Shown here: positions 8,677-17,400 of the stretch, in pieces
Layout: each line of letters opens with the position of its first letter
Numbering within the stretch: the stretch's first letter is position 1
Assembly: GCA_947483975.1 (NCBI GenBank)
Contig: CANKOL010000001.1
Coordinates: 1-46,666 of the forward strand
Direction: 5' to 3'
Source of the DNA: Sandaracinaceae bacterium
Lineage (GTDB): Bacteria > Myxococcota_A > Polyangia > Polyangiales > JADJQN01
Length of the DNA stretch: 46,666 nucleotides
Translations under genes and position numbers: made by a program
The notes under the pieces: model-generated
Seen by the model: the letters and a program-made list of their open reading frames with translations, nothing else
Told to the model about the DNA's origin: nothing
Database searches by the model: none

Positions 8677-8841
8677 GCGTCGCGCGAATCTAGCAGCGCG
8701 GCGTGTTCGCTGCTCGCCTCGTTGCGTGCGTTCGAGCAGTCGGACGCTCCACTCCAATCCGCGCGAACCGCCCGCTCGTCGCGCGACGCAGCGCCACCAA
8801 CGCTTTGACCTGGCGCGCGCCCGTCGATACGATGGGCCGCC

Positions 8842-9396
8842 TTGCCGATCCCGACGCTGTTCCTGCTCGCCTTCGCCTGCGGCACCGCCGCAGCCATCGC
8901 CGCCCGCAAAGAGCTCAAAGTGAGCCCGCGGCCGGCGCTGCTGTCGCATGGCTTCGGCGCGCTCGCCCTGTTCCTGGGCCTCGTGCTAGTCCCGGTTTCC
9001 GTCTATTTCTACGTTTTTCACGGGGACTGGTCGCTGCTCTACCTCGTCGACGTGCGCGCGATTCCGTCGGCCGTGGCGCTCGTCGGCTTCGTCGTCGAGG
9101 GCTTGGTCGGGGCGGCAGGCTTCGTCGCCGGCGCGGCGCTCGTGCGCGCGCAGCGGGAAGCGTTCGCGGGCGTCCTCGCTGGCGGGGTCTTCATGCTCGG
9201 AGGAGCGCTCGCGTTCCTCATGCGCGAGCGACTCTCCGTCGTCGGGAGCTTCGCCCAGTACCGCGGTGGCTTCGGGCTCCGGCCGTTCGGCGACGGTCCC
9301 GTCGTGATCGGGGCCGTGACGATGGGCGTGATCCTCGCGATCGGCCTCGCGTACCTGCTCGTTCGCCTCGCCCTCGGCAGCCGCCGGGCCGGCTGA
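8842..9396 (+). CDS. integral membrane protein, unknown function
   Basis: TTG start. About 5 hydrophobic helices (LFLLAFACGTAAAIAA, FGALALFLGLVLVPVSVYFYVF, ..). Coding-like GC3. No family recognised. Confidence 0.55.
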   Translation: MPIPTLFLLAFACGTAAAIAARKELKVSPRPALLSHGFGALALFLGLVLVPVSVYFYVFHGDWSLLYLVDVRAIPSAVALVGFVVEGLVGAAGFVAGAALVRAQREAFAGVLAGGVFMLGGALAFLMRERLSVVGSFAQYRGGFGLRPFGDGPVVIGAVTMGVILAIGLAYLLVRLALGSRRAG

Positions 9397-9523
9397 TCCC
9401 CGTCCTCGTGGACGTCTCAGTTGACGCACGCGCGTCGAGCGAGTTAGCGTCGCTGCGATTCCGCACGCTTTGGCGCGACATTTCGTCGCGGCACTCTGCG
9501 GAGATTCAGCCTCGAACTCAGCG

Positions 9524-9838
9524 ATGCGCGCACATGCTCCCCTCACGGTCGTAATCGCCCTCGTCGCGACGGCAGCGCTCACTGCGGGCTGCAATCCGAT
9601 CCTCTATACGGTGAGCGTCGGCTCCGCGACGCGCGCCGTCGAGGAGGCACGCCTCGCGGAGGCGCCGGCGAACGCGCCCTACGAGTACTACCTCGCGGAC
9701 GCCTACCTCGACAAAGCACGAGAAGCGGCGGCCGAGGGCCAGTATCAGGACGCCCGTCGCTTCGCGGGTGTTGCCGAAGAGAACGGCGTGAAGGCGCGCG
9801 AGATCGCCCGCAGGCACATGCGGGAGACGGGGCGCTGA
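9524..9838 (+). CDS. DUF4398-like lipoprotein
   Basis: ATG at 9524 gives MRAHAPLTVVIALVATAALTAGC (lipobox). The helical body with YEYYLADAYLDKAREAAAEGQYQDA is typical of DUF4398. The stop overlaps the next start (TGATG). Confidence 0.7.
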   Translation: MRAHAPLTVVIALVATAALTAGCNPILYTVSVGSATRAVEEARLAEAPANAPYEYYLADAYLDKAREAAAEGQYQDARRFAGVAEENGVKAREIARRHMRETGR

Positions 9839-10986
9839 TGCGTTCGTCGCTCAGGATTTCAAGCCGCAGTGTTGGGCTCGTCGCGCCGTGCGTCGCGTTG
9901 CTCCTCGCGAGCTGCGGGCAGGGCGTGCTCCTCTCGGGGCGCATCGACGGCCTCCGCGAGATCGTCGACCAGGCCGAGCGCAACGGCGCCTATCGGTGCG
10001 CGCCGCGCGAGCTCGCGCTCGCCAAGGCGAACCTCGACTTCGCCGAGACGGAGCTCGGGCAGGGCGACGCGGGACGCGCGTCAGACCACGTCGAGATCGC
10101 CGAGCCGAACGCGCACGCCGCGTTTCGCTTGAGCCCCGCCGCACGCTGCGCCCCGCGCGGCGTCGAGGTCGTGCGTCGCCCCATTGCGCCGCCTCCCCCG
10201 CCGCAGCCAGGCGACCGCGACGGCGATGGAATCCTCGACAACGTCGATGAGTGCCCGGACGATCCGGAGGACTTCGACGCCTTCCAGGACGAGAACGGCT
10301 GTCCGGAGGATCAGGACACCGACGGCGACGGCATCACGGACTCGCACGACGCGTGCGTCGCGGAGCCCGAGGACGTCGACGGCTACATGGACACCGATGG
10401 CTGTCCCGAGCCCGACAACGACGTCGACGGCATCCTCGACGGCGCCGACCGCTGCGGTAACGATCCCGAGGATCCGGACGGCTTCCAGGATACCGATGGC
10501 TGCCCGGATCGCGACAACGACACCGACGGCCTCCCCGACGTCGCCGATCGCTGTCCGAACGAGCCTGGCCCAGAGAGCGAACAGGGCTGCCCGCGCGTCT
10601 ACCAGGACGTGCAGATCACCGGGACGGCGATCCGGATCAACCAGATGATCCACTTCGAGTTCAACCGCGCGGTCATCCGTCCGGAGTCCTTCGGCATCCT
10701 CAACACGGTCGCGCAGGTCCTCCGCGACTTCCCAGCCATCGCGATCGAAGTGCAGGGGCACACCGACAGCCGCGGCAACGACGCGTTCAATATGCGTCTG
10801 TCTGCGGAGCGCGCGGAGGCCGTGCGGACGTACCTCGTCGGCCAAGGCACGGCGGAAGGGCGCCTGACCTCTCGCGGCTACGGCGAGACGACGCCGATCG
10901 AGTCCAACCGCTCGTCCACCGGCCGTGCGGCCAACCGTCGTGTCGAGTTCGTTCGTACGGACCCGGGCGCGACTGCTACTCCCTAG
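9838..10986 (+). CDS. OmpA-family lipoprotein with thrombospondin type 3 Ca-binding repeats
   Basis: Lipobox LLLASC. Repeated DxDxDGxxDxxDxCP motifs (about 10213..10560). C-terminal OmpA/peptidoglycan-binding motifs IEVQGHTDSRGNDAFNMRLSAERA and NRRVEFV. Confidence 0.9.
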   Translation: MRSSLRISSRSVGLVAPCVALLLASCGQGVLLSGRIDGLREIVDQAERNGAYRCAPRELALAKANLDFAETELGQGDAGRASDHVEIAEPNAHAAFRLSPAARCAPRGVEVVRRPIAPPPPPQPGDRDGDGILDNVDECPDDPEDFDAFQDENGCPEDQDTDGDGITDSHDACVAEPEDVDGYMDTDGCPEPDNDVDGILDGADRCGNDPEDPDGFQDTDGCPDRDNDTDGLPDVADRCPNEPGPESEQGCPRVYQDVQITGTAIRINQMIHFEFNRAVIRPESFGILNTVAQVLRDFPAIAIEVQGHTDSRGNDAFNMRLSAERAEAVRTYLVGQGTAEGRLTSRGYGETTPIESNRSSTGRAANRRVEFVRTDPGATATP

Positions 10987-11063
10987 CCCGCAGCGAGATG
11001 TCGCTCGGGGGCTATTCGTTTGTCGTCGACTGTGTCCGGTTTCGTGGACGGAGAGACTAGATC

Positions 11064-12860
11064 ATGAACGTGCGTCACATCGTCGGCTTCGCGCTCGCGC
11101 TAGCCCTGCTCGGACTCGCGTCGAGCGCCTCTGCGCAGCGTCCGCTCCAGCAGGTGCTGGACCTGAACCGGCAGGGCATGGAGGCGTACAACAACCTCGA
11201 GATCGACACCGCCGTCGCGAAGCTCGAGGAGGCGGTCCGCGTCGCTCGGGCAGGAAACGTCACGGGCGCACCGCTCGCGCGCACGTTCCTGAACATGGGC
11301 ATCGTTCAGGTCGGCGGCCTCACCGACAACGCCTCGGGCTTGCAGTTCTTCACGCAGGCGCTCCAGGTCGACGCGAACATCCAACTCGACCCGCTGACGA
11401 GCACCCCGGATATCCAGACGGTCTTCAACCTCGCACGGCAGCGCGCGGGCGCCGGTCGCACCGGACAGACTGGCACCGGGCAGACTGGCACTGGGCAGAC
11501 TGGCACTGGGCAGACTGGCACTGGGCAGACTGGAACGGGGCAGACCGGCACTGGCACAGTTCGGCCGCCGACGCCCACGCCCCCGTCGACGGGCGGAGAT
11601 ATCCCCCACACGCCAGTGCCCGAGCAGCTCTCGCAGACCGCCGTCCCGGTCTTTCTGGAGGTTCCTCCGGAAGCCCAGGTTGCCCAGGTTTACGTCTATT
11701 ACAAGTCGCAGGGCATGCGCGAGTATCGCCGCGTCGAGATGGCGCGGATGACGGGGGGCTACGGCTACGAGATCCCCTGCACCGACGTCTTCGAGCCCGA
11801 GGTCTCCTACTACATCGTCGTCTTCGCGCCCGACGGCTCGCCGGTCGGCTCCGCCGGAACGCAGCGGCAGCCCGTTCGCGTGCCGATCGTCGCGACGCGC
11901 ACTCAGCCTGAGCCTTCGCTTCCGGGGCGCGCGGCGCCGCAGCAGTGTTCCGCCGACGAGGAGTGCCCGCCCGGGATGGCCGGGTGCAGCCATGGCGGCG
12001 GGGGCGGTCACGGCAGCGGCGGCATGGGCGATACCTGCTCGCGCGACGGCGACTGTGGTGAGGGGCTGATCTGCGAGGATGACCTCTGCACGGCGGGTAG
12101 CCGCGGCGACGGCGAGGGCGGCGGAGGTGGCGATGAGCCCGGCACGCCGAGCGATCAGGCGCGCTTCTTCATCGACTTCGGCGGGACGATCGGCTTCGGC
12201 TACGTCTCGGGCGGCGCCGCCGATCAGGGGCCGCTGCTGACGTTCAACGATCCCAACACCGGCACCGACGACATCGACCCTCTGACCGGGGCACTTCCGG
12301 TGGCAGGCGAGGGCTCGCTCACGCCCTTCCAAGACTGTCTCGCGGACGACCAGGGCTTCTTCCCGGACGACACCGGCACGCGCGCGACGGGCTGCAATGT
12401 GCGCGTCGAGACCCCCGGCTTCCTCGCCGCGGTCGCCCTGCGCGTCGGCTTTGGTTACTACGTCATCCCGCGCCTCGCGCTCTCCGCGCAGTTGCGCTTC
12501 CAGGTCGCGACGATCGACGGCGCAGGCGGCATGGGCGCGGGCGGCGGCGCGGGTACGCTCGCCAACTTGCTGATCGGGCTGCGCGCGCAGTACCTCGTCA
12601 CGGACCCCGCCGCGACCGAGGGGCTCTTCGTGGCACCCTTCATCGGGACGAGCGTCGGCCAGATCCAACTGCGCCCTGACCAAGCAGGGCAGGACGAGCC
12701 CTTCCTGCGCTCCGGCCTCAACGGCGTGCAGCTCGGCTCGGTGATCGGCTACCACATCGTGAAGAACTTCGGCATCGTCGCGACGCCCGAGGTGCACATC
12801 CTCTTCCCGGACTTCCTGTTCGACTTCGACGTGACGATCGGCGCGCAGGTCTCGTTCTGA
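11064..12860 (+). CDS. secreted multidomain protein (TPR-like N-domain, GQTGT linker, Cys-rich module, probable C-terminal outer-membrane beta-barrel)
   Basis: Signal peptide MNVRHIVGFALALALLGLASSASA-Q with GGAGAG 8 nt upstream of the ATG. Cys-rich CSADEECPPG..CSRDGDCGEGLICEDDLC. The C-terminal 230 aa have alternating hydrophobic strands and end ...IGAQVSF (terminal Phe, typical of OMPs). Confidence 0.7.
   Translation: MNVRHIVGFALALALLGLASSASAQRPLQQVLDLNRQGMEAYNNLEIDTAVAKLEEAVRVARAGNVTGAPLARTFLNMGIVQVGGLTDNASGLQFFTQALQVDANIQLDPLTSTPDIQTVFNLARQRAGAGRTGQTGTGQTGTGQTGTGQTGTGQTGTGQTGTGTVRPPTPTPPSTGGDIPHTPVPEQLSQTAVPVFLEVPPEAQVAQVYVYYKSQGMREYRRVEMARMTGGYGYEIPCTDVFEPEVSYYIVVFAPDGSPVGSAGTQRQPVRVPIVATRTQPEPSLPGRAAPQQCSADEECPPGMAGCSHGGGGGHGSGGMGDTCSRDGDCGEGLICEDDLCTAGSRGDGEGGGGGDEPGTPSDQARFFIDFGGTIGFGYVSGGAADQGPLLTFNDPNTGTDDIDPLTGALPVAGEGSLTPFQDCLADDQGFFPDDTGTRATGCNVRVETPGFLAAVALRVGFGYYVIPRLALSAQLRFQVATIDGAGGMGAGGGAGTLANLLIGLRAQYLVTDPAATEGLFVAPFIGTSVGQIQLRPDQAGQDEPFLRSGLNGVQLGSVIGYHIVKNFGIVATPEVHILFPDFLFDFDVTIGAQVSF
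11460..11555 (+). repeat. 15-bp in-frame tandem repeat, about 6.4 copies, encoding (GQTGT)n
   Basis: Units accggacagactggc, accgggcagactggc, actgggcagactggc x2, actgggcagactgga, acggggcagaccggc, then a partial unit. Confidence 0.95.
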
Positions 12861-12882
12861 CGAACGCGCTCGCGTCGTACGC

Positions 12883-14367
12883 CTAGGCGCCGACGAGGCG
12901 CGCTCGGCGCACGACGCGAGAGGTCGCGAACTGAAACAGCGCCTTGCAGCACTCGAACGAGCCGAGGCGCGTCTCCTCGACGACCTCGCGCACGCAGCGC
13001 TTGCCGTCGACGTTGGAGAGCACGGCGCGCTCTTCGCGGGAGAGCCTGTCGAGGTCGATCCCCGCGATCACGTCGTGGTTTCGCTCGAACACGACGTCGA
13101 AGTTGTGAATCTGCTCCTCGATCAGGCGCCACTCGTCCACGCGGCGTAGGCCCTCCATCAGGATCGACGCGATCGGCAGCCCGAGGCGCGCTGACTCGGC
13201 CTCCGGTCGCGTCGCAAAGCGCGCGAAGCGGTAGCGGCCGTCGTTCCAGCGCAGCACGTCGTACACGAGCTCGCTCGTCTGCCGCACGAGCGCGCGCCGC
13301 AGGTCGTCCTCGGTGATGTAGCCGAGCTTCACGAGCTGATCGCCGAGGAGCTTGCGCGGCCCGCTGTGCTTCTGCGGCTCGACTCGGCTGCGGAGCAGGT
13401 GCTCGAGATCCTCGCGCTCGAGCAGCTCCTCCTCGAGCAGATAGCGGCCGAGCAGGAACTCCGGATTGACGCCCCGCGCGCTCGCGAGCTCCACGAGCCC
13501 TCCGCGCAGGGAGATCCAGGCAGTCTGCTTTCCGCGCTCGACCTCGAGCACGCCGCTCTGCTGCTGCATCTGCATCAGTTGCAGCACGTCGCCGAGGCTC
13601 ACGTGCTCGATGCGCCCCTCGAGCGCGACGATGCCGAGCGTGCCCGGCGACTGCGCGGCGGCGCGCGCGAGCATCGCGACGAAGGCCTCCGAGCCGTCGG
13701 CGAGCAGCGCCCCCGTGAGCGTCGCGGCGTCCACCTCGATCCCAGTGGCGTGCGCGATCGCCGGCACCAGGCCGTCGGCGAGCGTGCCCGCGGCCTTGAC
13801 GGCGCCTTCGGTCCGCAGGCGGCGCAGCACATCAGGATCCGAGCCGCGCTCGGCGGCCGGTGGGAGGCTCGACGCCCGTCCGAACGAGCCCGTGTCGAGG
13901 TCGACGCCGAAGGGCGGCGCGCTCGGTCGCATGCCTGCTTCCGTCGTCTCCTCGGCGGAGTCGAAGAGGTGCGTGCCGGGCGAGGTCTGCGCGGGCGGCG
14001 GTCGGTCGAGCGCGTGCGCGGTGACGGCGAGCAGCGCCTCCGGTGAGAACGGCTTGTTGATCGCGTCCACGGCGCCCGTCTGCGACATGAACTGGCCCGC
14101 GATCTTCTCAGCGCGCGCGCTCATCAGGACGATCGGGACGTGTCGGAGGTTGGCCACCCCGCGCAGCGCCATCGCCATCTGAAAGCCGTTCATGCGCGGC
14201 ATCACGAAGTCGACGAGCACGAGATCGGGCGGCTGCCGCTGCGCCTCTTCGAGGCCGTCTTGGCCGTCGGAGGCGAGCACGACGTCGTAACCCGCTCGGC
14301 TCAGCGTGCGCTCGACGACCTTGAGCACGGTGCTGCTGTCATCGACGACGAGGACGCGAGGCGGCAT
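12883..14367 (-). CDS. response regulator: CheY-like receiver plus PATAN (DUF4388) domain
   Basis: Receiver motifs VLVVDDS, LVLVDFVMP (acceptor Asp), LMSA and INKPF. C-terminal IEHVSLGDVLQLMQMQQQSGVLEVERGKQTAWISLRGGLV matches the DUF4388/PATAN signature. No DNA-binding output domain. Confidence 0.85.
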   Translation of the reverse strand: MPPRVLVVDDSSTVLKVVERTLSRAGYDVVLASDGQDGLEEAQRQPPDLVLVDFVMPRMNGFQMAMALRGVANLRHVPIVLMSARAEKIAGQFMSQTGAVDAINKPFSPEALLAVTAHALDRPPPAQTSPGTHLFDSAEETTEAGMRPSAPPFGVDLDTGSFGRASSLPPAAERGSDPDVLRRLRTEGAVKAAGTLADGLVPAIAHATGIEVDAATLTGALLADGSEAFVAMLARAAAQSPGTLGIVALEGRIEHVSLGDVLQLMQMQQQSGVLEVERGKQTAWISLRGGLVELASARGVNPEFLLGRYLLEEELLEREDLEHLLRSRVEPQKHSGPRKLLGDQLVKLGYITEDDLRRALVRQTSELVYDVLRWNDGRYRFARFATRPEAESARLGLPIASILMEGLRRVDEWRLIEEQIHNFDVVFERNHDVIAGIDLDRLSREERAVLSNVDGKRCVREVVEETRLGSFECCKALFQFATSRVVRRARLVGA

Positions 14368-14414
14368 GGGCTGCCCGCGACTCTACACAGGATCGGCGTG
14401 ACTGCGTGACCGGA

Positions 14415-17400
14415 TCAACCGCCGTTGCCGAGTTGTCCTGCTGGAGCAGGCATCGGCGCGATCGTGCCCGCGTGTCGCCGGAACGCGAACGCGGCCTCCG
14501 AGACCCAGAAGCGCAGCAGGTCCGCGATGACCGGCGAGGTGCGCGCGAGCGTCGCACCGTCGATCCCGACGAACTCTCGCTCCGTGCGGCGCAGCACCTC
14601 GACGCCCGCGTTCAGCTCATCACCGACGAGGAGCGCAGCGCGGTTCGCCGTCTGCTGTAGCGCGCGCGCCCACGACGGGAAGTCCGGCGCGGGGCTGCTG
14701 ACGTACTGCGCGGCAAGCTCCTCCAGCGTCTTTCGGTTGCGCCTCGAGAGCGCCTTGCCGATGCGCTTGCTCTGATCGTCGAGGAAGTCTTCGCTCGTCA
14801 AACCTTGGCCAAACGTCGGCGCGACCGTGCGCGCCGCGGCCGCGAGCACGACCTCGACCTCGCGCGGGGTGAGCTTGTCGATGGTCGCGATCCCACGGGC
14901 GATGTTCGCGAAGACGCGCGAGAGCGCGAACACCTGCTGCGGCTCCGGAAGCTCCGTGAGGCCCACCGGCACGATCACCGAGATCGGCTCCGAGAGCTCG
15001 ATCGACACGCCTCGCCCGCGCGCGCGGTGCGCATAGAGGTCGTACTCGCCGACGCCGAAGACGCCCGCGACCCGGTCGCAGAGCGTGCGCAGCGCGTTGC
15101 CGGTGCGTGGCCCGATGCGGTCGCGCGTCGAGAGTCCGTAGCCCTCGAGATCGATGGGATACAGTTTTCCCATCGCCTCCGGCAGCGTAGCGAGGAGCGC
15201 GACGGCGACCGTGTGTCGCGCGCCTGCCTCGATCGTCTTCAGCGCCTCCGCGTCGTACGAGCCTGCGCGCGCCTGCCCCGGGCGCGGCGGGCGCGTCTTC
15301 AGCGAATCGAGGTCAGTCGCCTGCGCCGCACCGAGCACGACGAGCGGCTGCAGCGAGTAGCGCGCCTCTTCGGGGCGGTGCATCGCCTCGTAGGTGCGCG
15401 CGAGATCTCGGTAGGTGTCGGGGCGGCCAACGTCGACGACGAGGAGGCGCGCGAGCTCACGCAGGGCCTCGTCGGTGCGCCCCGACTTGCGGAGGCGCCG
15501 TGCGAGCTCCTCGCGGAGCCCCGGGTCCTCGCCGAGCTGCGCGATCCCGGCGCGCAGCGTCCCGATGCCGTCCTCGCGAAGCCCGAGCTCGTCGTCTTGG
15601 ACGTGCGCGAGCTCGAGACACGCCTGCACGCGCAACGGCAGGGCGGCGCGGTTCGCGGGCGCGTCCGCGAGAAATTGCGCGAGCGCGCCAGCGTAGTGCT
15701 CCCAGCCACCGCTGTCCGCGAGGTGCTGCTTGAAGTCCGCCGCGGCGGCGCCGCTCGGCCCCTCGACGCTCACCCCGGCGTAGAGCGCCCGAGCCGCCGC
15801 GCGCGCGTCACCCCGACGTCGTTCGAGCTTCGCGATGAGCACGAGCGCCGAGGCACGGTCGGCGGGCTCCGTGGACGCGTCGAGCAGCTTGTGCGCGCTG
15901 CCGTTCGCGCGCTCGAGGTCCCCTTCGCGGCCGTGGAGCTCTGCGAGCCTGCGGAGCGCCTCACGGCTCGTGTCATCGAGCGCGAGCACCGCTTGCAGGG
16001 ACACGAGCGCGCGCTGTGTCTCACCGAGCCGCTCGTCCCAGAGCGTCGCGAGCTCGAGGTGCGCGTCGCGAAGGACCTCGCGGTCTGGCGCGAGCTGCAC
16101 GACGCGCGCGAGCAGATTCGCCGCCTCGGTCCACTGACTGTCGCGGGAGTAGAGGCGCGCGAGCTGCAGGAGCGTCTGTACGTGGCTCGGCGAGGAGCGC
16201 AGCACGCGATTGAGCGCGCCGATCGCCCCGGCGAGGTTGCCCTGCACCTCGGCGTAGATTCGGGCGACTTCCATCCACAGCACGGCTTGCCGCTCCGGTG
16301 TCTGCGCGGACGTCGCGGCGCGGGAGAGCTGGTCGACGAGCCTCGAGGGATCATTCGCGAGCGTCAGCGTCACGATCAGGCGATCGGCGGCTTCGGCGCT
16401 GTCGGCATATAGCTCGAGCGCTCGCTCGAGATCCTCGAGCGCACCGGCGGTGTCGCCCAGGCGTTCGAGGCGCACGCGCGCGCTTCGCACGAGCAAGTGC
16501 GCAGCCGCTTCGCCGTTGCGCGACACGGCAGCCTCACGCCGGGCGGCCTCGGCGAGCGTCGCTGGATCGCCCGTGCGCTCGGCGATGCGCGAGAGCCCGC
16601 GGGTCGCGCCGAGTGACTCCGGATCGAAGGCGAGCGCCGCGCGATAGGCCGCGAGCGCGCCCGGATCGTCCTGCGCGTCGAGCGACTCCGCCATTCGCGT
16701 CTGGTGCGCAGCCGTCACGGTCGAGTCGTCGGAGGCTGCGACGAGGCGAGCGTCCACCACCGTGAGAAGGACGCGGTCGGCGCGCTCGAGCGCGAGCCGT
16801 TCGAGCGCAGTGAGCGCGCCCGCATCGCCAGGGAACAGTCCCAGCACCGTCTCGTAGGTCCCGCGCAGCGCGTCGGCCGTGCCGAGCGCGCGGCTCTCCT
16901 CGAGTCGCGCGAGCTCTCGGAGCGCGGCGGCACGCGCCCCAGGATCGGTCAGGACGCGTGCCTCGGTGACGTACACCTTCGCGAGCGACTCCCACGCGCC
17001 CGTCTTGCGGTAGAGCGGCTCCAGCGCGAGCAGCGCTGCGAGGTGCCCCGGCTCTCGCTCGAGCACCGCCTCGAAGCACGCGATCGCGCGCCTCGGCTCC
17101 CGCAGCTCGTCGGCCCAGACCTCGCCCTCGCGCACGAGCGCGGTGATGGCGAGGGCGGGGTCCTTCGCCGTCGCCGTCTCCCTCGCGAGATCGTCGACGA
17201 GCTTGGGCCAAGCCTTCGCGTCCGCTCGCAGCCGCGCGAGCCCATCGACGGCGGGGCGGTACTCGGGCGCGGTCTTCAGCGCCTGCTCGTACATGGCGAC
17301 CGCGCGCTCGTTCTGCCCGAGACGCTCTTCGTAGACCTCCCCGATGCGATACGCCGCGAGCGCGCGCCGCGAGGGATCGGCGAGCCCATCGAGCCCGACC

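Noticed and set aside
9397-9523. Sigma-70 promoter (TTGACG, 17-nt spacer, TTAGCG) upstream of the DUF4398 gene, and a search for sigma-54 TGGCAC-N5-TTGC boxes across intergenic regions
   Set aside because: The -10 match is poor. The TGGCAC strings I found lie inside coding repeats or lack the TTGC half-site. No confident promoter call is possible by eye.
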